Positions 12,473 through 24,660 of a stretch of DNA of 64,000 bases are shown in pieces (the stretch's first letter is position 1; every line of letters starts with the position of its first letter). A program made the position numbers and the translations under genes. Source of the stretch: Takakia lepidozioides (lineage: Eukaryota > Plantae > Bryophyta). The DNA lies in NCBI GenBank assembly GCA_030704615.1, contig CM060731.1, positions 67,704,001 through 67,768,000 on the forward strand, in the 5' to 3' direction. The notes below the pieces were generated by a model. The model ran no database searches. It worked only from the letters and a program-made list of their open reading frames with translations, and was not told where the DNA came from.

Positions 12473-14526
12473 TAGTGGGGGAACAAAAGACAAGGGGGAG
12501 CTAGTTCAGATGAGCGTGCAGCTGGTGGAGGGCATTAGCGGGGCAACAAAAGACAAGGGAGAGGTAGTTCAGAAGAGCGTGGACGAGGTAAAGACCTCGG
12601 GTCCCCGCAACCTTGATTTGCCAAAGATGAAGGTGCCCCCCTTAGAGACCAATAAGGTCGGTGACCCCATTGGTGAGTATTGGGAGGCCATGAAAAAAGT
12701 AGCCTTTGACTTGGCGGCGAGGTGGTTCCCTTGGCATATTGATTGGCCACGCCAATCACATCGCCATAGGCGAGCATTCGTGCAAGCACTTGAGGGCACA
12801 TTTCCGGGTGAGTGGAATGAGGGGAAGCTCTTGGAGCTGGTGGGAAAGAACCTCAAGGACAAGAGGTACCGTGCGCGACAAACCATTCGCAAGGCACTCA
12901 AGGCGGGGGTCGAACCAACGACCATGCCACATGGAATAACCAAGGTAAGACGCACTTTCACTTGTCATTGGTGTCTTTGAATGCATGTTCATTGCGGTAT
13001 GGAGTTCATTAACATTTATAGCGTTTTTGTTGGGGCTGGACAGGAATCTTGGGAGGCTCTCATCGCAGGGGAGAGGGCAGAGCTGAAGGTGGAGATCTTC
13101 GCAAGGGGACATGCGGCAACTGCAGCCCGCCTCGAGAAGTGTGCGGAATCAACACACAAGTGGGGCCCCGGCGGAAGCAAGAGTTTTGTCACCCGATTCG
13201 TAAGTGTTCTTTCTCTTGTCATACCCATTCTTATTTTTTAGCTTCTCCCTTCCATTATGAATTCTGACCTGTCATTGCATTTGTATGTCATGTGCAGAAA
13301 AAGAAGTTTGAGAGGCCTCCCTCCACCATTGAGCACATCTTTTGCAAGACTCAGGGGTGGAAGGCCCTTGTAGCCTCAATGGCCAAGACGCCACAATTGA
13401 CGGAGGATAATGCATTTGTAGGGGTGGGGATGGGTAGTTCAGTGTCTCGGCCGGATGGGGGAGAGCCAGTAGTAGGGGGTGGTTCGAATGATGTAATCTC
13501 GGACTCGGCCTCATCATCCTCCAAATTGGAGGCCCAGCGTAGCTTGCATTCCTCGGACAAGTACACCTATGACTCAGGTGATGAGGAGTGAGGGATGGTT
13601 CCAAGTTAGAGACATGTAAAGGTAGTACTCGCTTTATGTATATATTTCTTCAGTTACCATTTCGATCCTCATTCTAACCTTAATGGACATGTGGATTCTA
13701 ATCTAACCTATAGATTAGAATGCATGCATTTCATGCAAGCACGAGGCACACCCCAACCCCCAAGAACCCCCCCCCCCCCCCCCCCCCCCCCCAAATGAAA
13801 AAAAACCCCAAAACCCCACCCAAATACCAGCTGGCTACCCTCCCACCCAGCGACGCCGGCGCGACGGCCGGGTGCGACCAGCGACTCTGCTGCGATCCCC
13901 GCCGTCGCAACATAACCACGCCAACGTGGAGCTAGCGACGCCACGAAGGGGCTGCGACTCCAGGGAGTCGCACACGAACGTGCCCTCCCATGGAGCTAGC
14001 GACGGCCCCCGGGGGCTGCGACGTCCCTACGATTCCCGGGCGTCGCTACCAAACCTCCTTACCCATGGGGGTCTAGCGACGCCCCCAAATGGCGACGACG
14101 TCATGGCGATTCCCGGGCGTTGCCCGGCTGCGACGTTTGGGCGACGCCAGCGTGTGGCTAATTCTGGGAAGGGGCGACGTCCTTGCGACTGCCCCATGAT
14201 GCAGGGGAAGGGATGGACCCCCCCTCCCTGCCCTTTGTTGCAACTCCTGAGAGTCGCCATATTGTGTCGCCCCGGAGGGGCAGCGTCTTTTCGCCGTCGC
14301 TGGTCGTGGCTAGGTGGACCCAAGGGATTAGCGATTCCCTTAGGTCGCTAATCTGCGACGTTCCGGGAGCGACGTGGTGGCGACTTCCCGACGTTGCAAT
14401 TTGTCCCCGGCGCGCCCCGGGCGCTGTAGTATATTTTCGTCGCTAGGCGCGACGTTTTGGAGGGCATCGCTAAACCCCCCCCCCACCCCCCCCCACCCCC
14501 CCCCCCCCCCCCCCAACGTAGTAGTG
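12473..14526 (+). mobile_element. CACTA element A, right half (spliced accessory ORF and right terminus)
   Basis: Coding exons at ~12476-12943, 13040-13199 and 13298-13591, GCGAC/GTCGC subterminal repeats at 13850-14470, and a terminus ...AACGTAGTAGTG followed by TSD TGC (14527-14529). Confidence 0.85.
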
Positions 14527-16138
14527 TGCCTATGAGGAGGCAAGCAGGCTGTAAGGCACAGCTCAGTTCCTCGGTCAGGAAACAAACTAAGGCAGGCGCA
14601 AGAGAAGATGGGCAGCGCTAAGGTAAGGGAGAGTACCAGACCAAGCTGCAGGATCCCAGACCAAAATGCATGCCAATACCAGGGGAATTTCAACCAACAT
14701 CAAACTGTAGAAGATCCCAAGTGTCAAGTAAAATCTAGAGGAACATAAGGATAATCCAACAAATGACACAAGGCATAGGGGTCTGAAACAAGTACAGTAG
14801 GTGAGGGAGATCGTTCAGCAGGGGAGACAAGATCACTTAAGGTAGTGTAGGGTGCATGGATTTTGGATTCGCCTCTAGTCAAAGCATCTGCATTAACATT
14901 GTTCTTCCCACGCTTGTATGAGATGGTGAAGTCATAGCCTTGCAGAATTAGAGCCCATCTAGCTAACCTGCCAGTGAGTTCATGAGGAGTTAGCAAGGCT
15001 TTTAAAGGGAGATGGTCAGTTTCAATGGTAAAATGACAGCCATGTAAATGGGGGGTGCTATTCCGTGAGCCTGGAGGCGTGAGCCTGTGAGCCCAGGAAA
15101 CCGTGAGCCCAGCACAGGCTCACGCCACGTCAGCATACATACAGGGCCTATTTCCGTGGGTGTCACCTATTTCCGCGGGTTGATCAACCATTTCCCGGGA
15201 ATGCAGAGTGGATATGTTACATCCATTGTATCCATTGCATCCATGCAGACGTTATCAACATACCAAGCCCTCACAAGTTTATGTGGGTACGTCGTGAGGA
15301 GGTGCACACTGACATGATCTAAAGCGGAACCCTGCGAAATCTTTTCTTACTCACCACCCTTGCGAACATGCCAGGTATGTGCGGGAGCATCATGGATGCT
15401 CATTAGATTTGAGAATGCGTCACAGCTCTTTGATGAGGTGGACTTCACCGTGATGGATTCACCAACCATTCTTCTAGCAAGAATGGTTTGGAGACCAACG
15501 ACCAAATGATGCGAGAATGCTGTACACGAACCAAAGTCGTTTGTTTGTTTTTGCAATGCACTCAAGTCTGTGAGGTCCAGAAAACACTAAATAGATTTAA
15601 GGAACAATCCGGGCAGTCCATGCAACCCCCATCTCCAACAATAGTTTGTTCCCATTAATGTGCATTCCACGCACACATTGCAAACTGGACAACAAGGACA
15701 CACAACCATCCCATTTCAAATTTGGCCCCGAATAAAACCAAAAGAAAACTTCATATCAAGTGTCACAGTCATCAGAATCAGTCTCGACCTCATGTGCTAT
15801 GTCATCCACAAAGATTCTGGCCCCAACACCACGTCTTCTACCATGGCCGTCGATGGGTGGACTCTGAGTGCCATGAACGGTCATGCTTGTTGCGAGTGTC
15901 TCCGCATAGACAGGTAGCACGCAAGACCGAGGAGGACTGGAAAGAAGTCCAAATAGGTGTGATAGCCCTGGAGGGCAAGTGGAAGCACGCGGACTCCTGC
16001 ACATGTCGACAAAAACCCATTCAGAACACAATATGCAATACACAAGTCCAACGAAGAGGATGTTTGCCGTGTGAACTTTGCCTCAAGAACAGTGATTCTC
16101 GATATTGAAACAACAATGCAAGCATCCACAGGTTGAAC

Positions 16139-19100
16139 TTACTCACAGGCAAAGTCGGAGTCCAGCTCTTTGTCGGAAGTCTCTTCTGTATCAATATCAG
16201 CGGGACGGGGCTTCGGAAGGACTTGAGAAGTGTGTCCACCCAAACCCATCAGGAGGTTCTTGTAAATCTCAGCATCCCCTTCAATCCCAAAGAGATGTCG
16301 GGCACTGGCCTTGCAAGCGTGGTACGAAGCACCTGCAGTGGAATAGAATGAAGGAAGCAGACATTGAAGACACATATGGAACGGTGGGAAGTCCTGAAAG
16401 TGCAAGCTCAATCAAACCTCATGAAATCCGAATGTTGAAGAGATGAACCTGTACCCATTGACAAATCCAGAACTCTGGCGTCTATGTAGGTGCAGCACTC
16501 CACAATCGTTTGAATGAAAGCCGAGCTCCTCTCCCTCGCCCCTCTCCAAGGAACCCCATTCCCCCTTCGCAAGCAGACGTTGCTGTCGACGTAGTTGTGG
16601 TGCATGTCATCCGTGGGAGGATCTGTCCTGTCGTCTATGAACTTGCCCCCATGAGTGATGGCAAACTCCGAAATGCCGGCCAGAGTCGTTGGTGGATGCA
16701 CTCGGACGAGACAAACAGCTTCAAACAAACGAGTCTGCGAACAACACATCCAGAAGGAACTAAGAAGCTTCAAAAATCAGGCCCCTACATATGAGTTTGA
16801 GCGACCTACACAACTCCATCCGAGAACCACCAAGAAGAGGAAGAAGAAGGCAAATTTACCATCTCTCCCGGACGATCCCCCTTCGTAAGGTACATGCTGT
16901 TCACACAATTCCATGTCTTCAGGACTCTCATGCCCGAGGCTTTCAAATAGCTGGCAAGTGCACGGCGACAGCGAACGTCGGCGGACTCTATGAGCACCAA
17001 AACACCTGCATCGGACAGGAAAAAATTGCAAAAGGAGAAAACCCACCGCCAGTAGCGCTCATCAAAAGCATTCCAACCCGGACAAGCACCCAATGGAGGG
17101 ACATCCGGGACTGCCAACCCATCAGGGATGTCCAAGATTATGAGTTCGGCTGCATATTGCTTCTCCTTCCCGTTCACCCAGGATTTGGTCATTTTAGCCT
17201 ACAAACAAAATTACAATGGAATACTCAAGAGGATTGAAACGATCCATGCCCACTGTAGAGAAGAAGCAAAAGAGAACACGCACCGTGCCGATGAACTCTA
17301 CAATCCTCTCCCACACTGGTGATGGCTCGCCCTTGTAATCAGATTTCTTGGACTCCATCATGGCAAGGAATCCGACGTTGGCCATCTCCAACCTGGTAGG
17401 GCAAATGACCCTCGTGGGATGTTCCACTGCATGGTACGGGTCCTTGGGATCAACCACCCCCTTGTTCTTTCTCACGGATCCCCTACCATGCGGTGGAGTC
17501 TGCTGGACATGCACCACTGGGGCAATATCTGCAACACTTCCCTGCCCTTGTGCCACCTTCCCTCTACCCCTTCCTTTCCCCACAACACCAGCAACATCTT
17601 TTCCCTTTGCCTTTCTACCTCTACCCGGGGTATCCTGAGCGGGAGGCTCATTCTCTGCAAGAGTCCTCAAATTTTGTTCATGAATGTCGAGGTCGGCTGC
17701 TGCGGCAATGGCTGCAATTCGTTCATTCTCTCTCCTCAAAGACACCTCCGGAGCTGGGGTCTCAGAAGGAGGGCAATCCAAATACCAACCACAAGAAGAA
17801 AGATAGTCTGGGCCCCAGTCATGCAAGATCCCAGTAGTAAACATGGTCGGATTGCCAGCAGGGACAAGCCAGAGGTCCACGAAATCTGGATGTTTGTCCA
17901 AGCAATTCTCTTCCATGAGAACAAACTTTATGTACCTGCAGGAACAGAGACAGCCTCATTATGCAATGCAATTATTGTCTCTCAGCTTTTCCATCACACC
18001 ATGAAGACCCCCTTAAACTGTATGCGTCACAGTACATTGCAACCACAGCACACTAAGTAGCCTGAACGGCCCAGGGTGTGCACCTGTAAAGGCATCGTTT
18101 CCAAGCTTCCTCTCCTTTTTCTTGCTGGTCAAGGTCATGTGTTCGACTGATGCCACCCTCCTTGCTGAACTCTCTAAAGAAACAAGAGTGCCACACTGTG
18201 GCTCTCCATTTCCTCATGTATGCTTCGAAGGAGACTTTCGGTGCTGTCATAGTGATGCCATAGTCAGCCAGCTGAGTATGCAGAATCGACCGTGCCCTTT
18301 CTTCCAACTGCAAAACAATTCAAATGCAAGAATGAACCCAAAAAAAATCATAGCGAATGTGAGAGGCAATGGAAAGAGAAGGACAGGAAAAGAGAAAAGA
18401 AAGTGACACAGGAAAGGACATCACACCTGGCTCCAGTAAGTGGCCTTGTGAAGCCATGTGTCCAGCACATTGTCACTGACAGGAATGACACGCTGGGTCT
18501 TCTTCTCTTTCTCCGGCCTGGGGAACATGTGGGTATCCCTAACTATGGGATCGGAGTTCCATATCTGTAGCCACTTCACCTTCTGTTCTGAAGACACAAC
18601 GGCGGTAGACAACCTGTGTAACTTCTCCCGGACCATCTCTGGCTTGCCTGGCTTGTTATAATGGTTTTTTTATCTCCAGGAGAAACTGCGATCCGAATGA
18701 TGGGTCGGCAATTCTCAACTGCTTCACAAAAGCACTCATTATAGTCCTTCTTGTAGCGGTCATCTCTTTTTGGATGTGTCTCTCAACCCCCTTTGCTGTC
18801 CTTCTCTCCTCAGGGGTTGACCTGTAGTATTCCAGTTTGCCACGCTCCCCTGCATCTGCAATTGGTTGCTGCAAGGGAATGCACGAGAGTTGCATCAACC
18901 CAAGGGCAAGGGAAACAAACAGAAACAAACATGTGGAAGCAGGAATATGGAAAGGGCAGATGAAGGAAGATGTATCTCACCGTGTACATGTACTCCATGA
19001 AAGCCTCACGTGTCAACGAGTACCACGTTTCCGATGTCTTGGAGCTTTCGCACTTCTTGTACGTCTCTGCTGAAAGGATGGTCTTGAAGTTGGTCAAGGG

Positions 19101-19838
19101 CATCTGCCCGATCCTTTGTATCCTATACAGTGTGTGAACCAGACTCGTTTTCACATGCGATGTCTCCGTTCCTCTGCAGAATGATATCTGAAAGTCAGAA
19201 TGAAATTCAAGGACTTTAATCAAAGAACCACGGAACTACAAGTGGAACATGTAGAATGAGAAACCAACCTGTTCACATCATTCATTGCCGTCAGAAGACC
19301 CATCATGTTCCCCTCACAATCCAGCACCATCGATCGAACAGAGTAATGCCACTCTTCCTCTTGTGAGTGCAAGCAACCGGTGGTTCCCATCCCAAACGTG
19401 AAACATCTTCCCCGAGAATGCCTGGGTGGAAGGTTTCCTGGAGAGAAGAAGTTTGAAGGATTCGTTCACCTGTCTCCAAATAGGATCCCAGGAGTCCACG
19501 ATTGACTCATCCACAAGGAGCTCATTGCCTGTGGAATCCTTTGTACAAACGTAAAACACTGCGGATCCATCCAAATACCCATGAACAAACTCGGCCTCTA
19601 GCTTGAGAATGTCCTTGATGAGGGGTGGTCGAACGACGGGCATGGAAACCATCCTACACAAGGGAATCTTCAACCTCCCACCCGGGGCAAGCATACTTTG
19701 CACCACAAGCTGAGAGTTTACCTTCTGACCCCCCAGCATCTCCGCGGCTTTGCTTTCATAGAACTCATTGTCAACATCAACAATGATCTCCCTCCCCAGC
19801 CCCGAAGGGATCTCCTCCGCCACACTTTGCATCTTCTC
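16139..19838 (-). pseudogene. ParB/Srx-like domain fused to a beta-class N4/N6 DNA methyltransferase fold (8 exons, two frame disruptions)
   Basis: Phase-compatible GT-AG exons: 19838-19269, 19173-18981, 18868-18427, 18307-18084, 17935-17284, 17198-16860, 16734-16449 and 16332-16139. Motifs are FHVWDGNHRL (ParB/Srx), ELIILDIPDG (motif IV-like) and RERSSAFIQTIVECCT..DARVLDLSMGTG|ASYHACKASARHLFGIEGDAEIY (motifs X-I-II). Frameshifts lie at ~19365 and ~18665. Confidence 0.8.
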
Positions 19839-19927
19839 CTGCAGGGTTGTCCATTCAAATTGATATAAGAGTGAGGCATGGGACGATGGTGTTTGAGCAT
19901 GGCAGACAGGCCATGTGTGGAAAAAAA

Positions 19928-20857
19928 GGTGAGCTCAAACAGTGTGCATTGACGCACACTGTTTGAGCTGCAAGGTAAGTGTTCATTGAACCTCAAAGAC
20001 ATGCCACGTAAGTGTTCATTGAACCTCAAAGAGAAGCCCTTAGTGGCCGATTTTCAGATGAAAAAAAATAAAAAATTGAGCTCAAACAGTGTGCGTTGAC
20101 GCACACTGTTTGAGCTGCAAGGTAAGTGTTCAGTGAACCTCAGAGACATGCCACGTAAGTGTTCATTGAAACTCAGAGACATGCCAGGTAAGTGTCATTG
20201 AACCTCAAAGAGAAGCCCTTAGTGGCCGATTTTCAGATGACAAAGGCAATGACAAGGTGAGCTCAAACAGTGTGCGTTGACGCACATTGTTTGAGCTACC
20301 AGGTAAGTGTTCATTGAACCTTAGAGACATGCCCTGTATTGCCGAATTTCACACGGGAAAACAGTGACAAGGTGTGCTCAAACAGTGTGCGCCAACGCAC
20401 ACTGTTTGAGCTGCCAGGTAAGTGATGATTGATCCTCAAATACAAACCCTATGTGGCCGATTTTCAGATGACAAAGGCAATGACAAGGTGAGCTCAAACA
20501 GTGTGCGTTGACGCACATTGTTTGAGCTGCCAGGTAAGTGTTCATTGAACCTCAGAGACATGCCCTGTATTGCCGAATTTCACAGGGAAAAAACAGTGAC
20601 AAGGTGTGCTCAAACAGTGTGCGCCAACGCACACTGTTTGAGCTGCCAGATAAGTGTTCATCGATCCTCAGAGACATGCCCTGTATTGCCGAATTTCACA
20701 GGGAAAAAACAGTGACAAGGTGTGCTCAAACAGTGTGCGCCAATGCACACTGTTTGAGCTGCCAGGTAAGTGATGATTGATCCTCAAATACAAACCCTAT
20801 GTTGCCAATTTTCAGATGACAAAGGCAATAACAAGGTGAGCTCAAACAGTGAGCTCT
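19928..20857. repeat. Tandem array of long palindromes (period ~116 bp in the regular part)
   Basis: (A)GCTCAAACAGTGTGCG-ttga/ccaa-CGCACACTGTTTGAGC(T) at ~19932, 20079, 20260, 20376, 20491, 20608 and 20725, with a collapsed copy at ~20840. Confidence 0.95.
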
Positions 20858-20882
20858 ATTTCCTTTCCTTCCTCACATTTCC

Positions 20883-22294
20883 ATGCAATGCCTCATGCAA
20901 GACATGTCCTTGGAGGACTTGGCCGACATGCCATCCTGTAATTTGGCGGAGACTGTTCATAACGCCTGGATGCAACAATCTACCAAAGCAGGTCGTGACT
21001 TGTATGTGGCTACTGCTGATGACATGGTGCGGGCACTTACACAACAAACCAGGTACCGCAATTTTATGATGGGACGGGGTGGAGGCAAGGGCCCCGGTAC
21101 GACTTTGTTGATGCTAAGGGCTGTGAGTAGGTCCGGAGACCCATCGAAGATGGCCAGAGCTCTGAACAGGTGCACTGAAGGCTCCCCTTTGCAATCCAGG
21201 CTCCCTCATTTGGAAGGCGAGGAAAGATTTGAATCATGCAACAGGAAATTGAACACTCTTTCAGGGTCAGATGGAGATTCCCATCGCCCAGACAAGGTCG
21301 ATTCTCTGCGCCAAAGGTGTCTCCAGTGCAGACTAAGTCGTGTGCCGGCCCCTTCCCAGGTGGGTCCTCCTCCTGTGGAGCAGGTGCAGAACATGCAAGC
21401 ACAGCAAGGAGGTGGTGGCCATGGTGCAGGAATCTGATTGCATTGATAGTGAGTGGCATATAGAACGCACCCCACCAGGATCTAGAGTTGCTTGCATGGC
21501 AATTCGGACCCCCTCTTTCAAGAAATGCAAATAAAAAATATGCAAAGGCTCCAGGGGGACTCCAGCTCCAACATTCATAGGGTTGTTCCGACCTTATCAT
21601 AGTGGGGAGTCAAAGGACCACAAGTTCTGGTTCTGCCCAGACGATATGGCATGATGCGTCAAGGGAACAGTTCGTCCTTCGGTGATAATGAAACCCCCTC
21701 CCCCTGCAATTTGGCCTGTGAAACTTGGGACGTCGCTGTCAACAACCGAGATAAGCATGCTCGAGAAGGGAGGGTTTTGTCTTGCACGATCCCGAGTGGT
21801 GCCCTTGTGCACTGTCGGCACAGATGTGCCACAAGCTCCGCAATGCCTCCACCCGGTGCCGACTCCCACCCAACAAAAAGAGATGGAAAAACAGTGCGCC
21901 GTGTCGCTTCGGGTGCAGATCACGAATGCAAGATGGAATCGGCTAGAATTTTGCAGGCACGGGTGGCTCGTATCACCGAAGTCCCTGCCCCGGGGTATGG
22001 ACGGATTTACACAGTGCTGTCTATTGGCTCAGTTCTTCATGGCAAAGAATATCAGGTTACCGTGGGGAATTCCCTACTTGCACTTGTCCGGATTTTGTAA
22101 CGATGCGTGAGGGCGCTCTCGGCATGAGAGGGAAGTGGGTCCCCTGCAAGCATCAATATTACATATACCTTGTAATTATGTGTTGCGACGGTAAGAGAGA
22201 CCAATTCATTCACCAAGCCACACTAGGCTACGGAGAAGTCATCACCCTTCTGCAGCGGGACACCTCACGTAGGGCTCCCCCAAATTCTCTTTGA
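20883..22294 (+). pseudogene. Putative transposase C-terminal half with SWIM zinc finger
   Basis: PSCNLAETVHNAW resembles the motif around the terminal Glu of Mutator-type DDE transposases. C-terminal YQVTV..FPTCTCPDF...WVPCKHQYY is a SWIM CxC-xn-CxH finger. Stops and frameshifts are present and the N-terminal half is missing. Confidence 0.7.
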
Positions 22295-23716
22295 ACACAT
22301 ACGAGCCATGCCCGCTTCCCACGCTAGTTTCCAGGTTACCGTGTGAAGACTTTGCATTTAGGACAAACACATACATTTCGTTCACGGAACCAGGGCAAAT
22401 GCACATGCCATTCATTGTAAGCGTCTATCTGTGAATTGAAATAAAGTGTGTCAATCATTCTGAGCTCAATTCTGCCATATTTTCATATTCCTCTTTTTGT
22501 GCAGGCATTGCAGACATGGTGCATGGTGGCCCCCTTTGTTTTGTCCACGGTAATAGGCCCTCTTCTTGCAATCCTCGCCTATAGGACCTGCTTCTCCAAC
22601 AGATTTGTGCCGCTCACGCTTCTTTGAAGCGTGAGCTCAGCTCACGCTTTGCAGCTACAACGTGAGCTCAGCTCCCAGGCTCACGGGGCTGGGCTCACGC
22701 CGTAGCTACGCTGCATGTAAATACTGCCTAAAATATTTGACGCCAAAGATAACGGCAAGGCATTCCTTGTCGGTGATGGAGTAATTGCGTTCATGTTTAT
22801 CAAGGCGGCGAGAGGCGTAGGCGATGCTCTTGACCATCTTGAATCTGGCTTAACACAGCAGAGATAGCGAGATCACTGGCATCAGTTTGCAAGAGAAATG
22901 GCAAGGTAAAATCAAGATAGGCAAGCACAGGAGCAGAGGTTAGTGAAATTTTGCGCTTCTGAAATGCTGACGTTTCTGCAGTACCCTAGACAAAACGAGC
23001 ATCCTTGGATAACAAGCGAGTGAGGGGAGCAGCTAACTTGGCAAACTGAAAAATGAAGCGAAGATAGTAAGAACCCAAGCCTAAGAAGGCTTTAACGCAT
23101 ATTTTATCCCCGAGGGGCTGGATAGTTCCACACAGCTTGGATCTTTGCAGGGTCATGACTGATGTCAGCAGCATAAAGTAGATGGCCCAAGAAATGGAGT
23201 TGTTCCATACAGAAATCACACTTCTTGGCTTTAACCTTAAGCCCAGCTGCACGAAGTCTGCACACAACCCGCTGTAAGTTCAGATGGGCATCAAACGTTG
23301 TAGAGTAAATGTTGATGTCATCGATGTAAACCAAGGCACATTCCCAACGAAGGTTTCCTAAAACGATATCCATTAGGCGCTGAAATGTGGCAGTGGCGTT
23401 GCAAAGGCCAAAAGGCATGGTTTCAAATTGAAAGAGGCCCATCCTGCAGGTGAAGGCAGTTTTCTCTTTAGCAGCAACAGTTAAAGGAACTTGCCAAAAG
23501 CTAGAGGCTAAATCTAAGGAAGAGAAGATAGTGGCCCCATTAAGTTGATCGAGCGTTTCATTGATGCGTGGCAAGGGTAAACATCCCTTGATGGCATTTA
23601 AATGCCGAAAATCAACGCAAAAACGGGTGGAGCCATCATTCTTACCCACCAAGACAATGGGACTGGCCCAAGGGGATATGGAGGGGGTGATTACACCAGC
23701 ATCAAGCATCTTGGTA

Positions 23717-24660
23717 GGGTGAAAGCATGCTAATGTGTACCACTGACACTCCTGAAAAAGACTAAATTTTGACTGCTGGCGCGTTACACCACGGCGCGTG
23801 GACATGACATGTTGCGATGAAAATGTGATGAAATTTACAGATGATAGTGGGCACCTCGACCCCATCCATCGGATGCTTGTACACCCTCTTGTACACCTCC
23901 AATTTTGCTCGTACACCGCTAATTTTGAGTATACGATACTAACTCGACTTCCGTTTACCACCATTTGTTTTCCCCTCATCGCATCCAAGCCGGGTTTGGT
24001 GTGTTTGATGCCTACTTCAGTGCTACAGATGCTCGTATAATTTTTAGGAGTTTATTTGATATATTTTTAATATTAAAACAATTTGCAATGAATGATACAC
24101 TATTTGTAAGAACTCATTTTGGCCTCAAATTCAAAAATTGGAGGACCTTGTAGCCATTTCAAGGACATGGCCTTCTTCCTTTTTAGTAGCTAAACACTTT
24201 TGGTGAAAGAACTATATTCAAATTTTGAGGTTTAGTAGTACCAAAGTTTGGTGCCCCTAAGTTATGCATACCGCGTAGTAGAAAATTCCTATGATAATGG
24301 GTTTTTTTTATTTTGCAGGTCTACTATCTTTTTTGCATTCTTCCATACCTTACATAAACACATGAGAATCCCTGATAGGACCTTCACATGTTATGGGTGT
24401 GAAAATGAGTCCTAAGGGACTACAACATTTTGAGACATTTGAACCTTGTGCTATTCAAGACTCATTTAGGACCCCTTAAACTTGTCAAATCACAAAACAA
24501 TTTATATGGGCACGACAAAAACTTCAAGGGCTTTCTAATGATATAATGTGTCTATGGTTTCATACTGAACTCAATATCCTAAATTTGGATCGATTGCGCC
24601 ATATGTGCTGGAAAACAGTTTGTGACATCCTTTTTGGATCCTATTAGTGTGCTTTGACCC
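23717..24660. mobile_element. Non-autonomous TIR element with 4-bp TSD, inserted in gypsy pol
   Basis: TIRs GGGTGAAAGCATGCTAAT and ATTAGTGTGCTTTGACCC (15/18 match), with GGTA duplicated at 23713-23716 and 24661-24664. Excision restores IQDELTKMLDAG. Confidence 0.85.

Larger units (their letters stand above)
15050..22713. mobile_element. Unclassified (Mutator-like?) DNA transposon carrying a ParB-methyltransferase gene and a SWIM-finger transposase remnant
   Basis: Exact 9-bp TSD CATGTAAAT at 15041-15049 and 22714-22722. Removing the insert restores gypsy RNase H KYFRQYLHGCHF. Ends are GGGGGGTGCTATTCCGTGAGCC and GGCTCACGCCGTAGCTACGCTG. Confidence 0.92.

Noticed and set aside
15100-16130. Third gene in the left arm of the ParB-MTase element
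   Set aside because: Only short overlapping ORFs without motifs; not supportable without transcript data.
16139-19838. Bacterial or phage contamination as the source of the ParB-MTase
   Set aside because: The gene has seven spliceosomal introns and sits in a TSD-flanked insertion within a plant retrotransposon.
19928-20857. CRISPR array
   Set aside because: Spacers are copies of each other rather than unique, there are no cas genes, and the context is eukaryotic.
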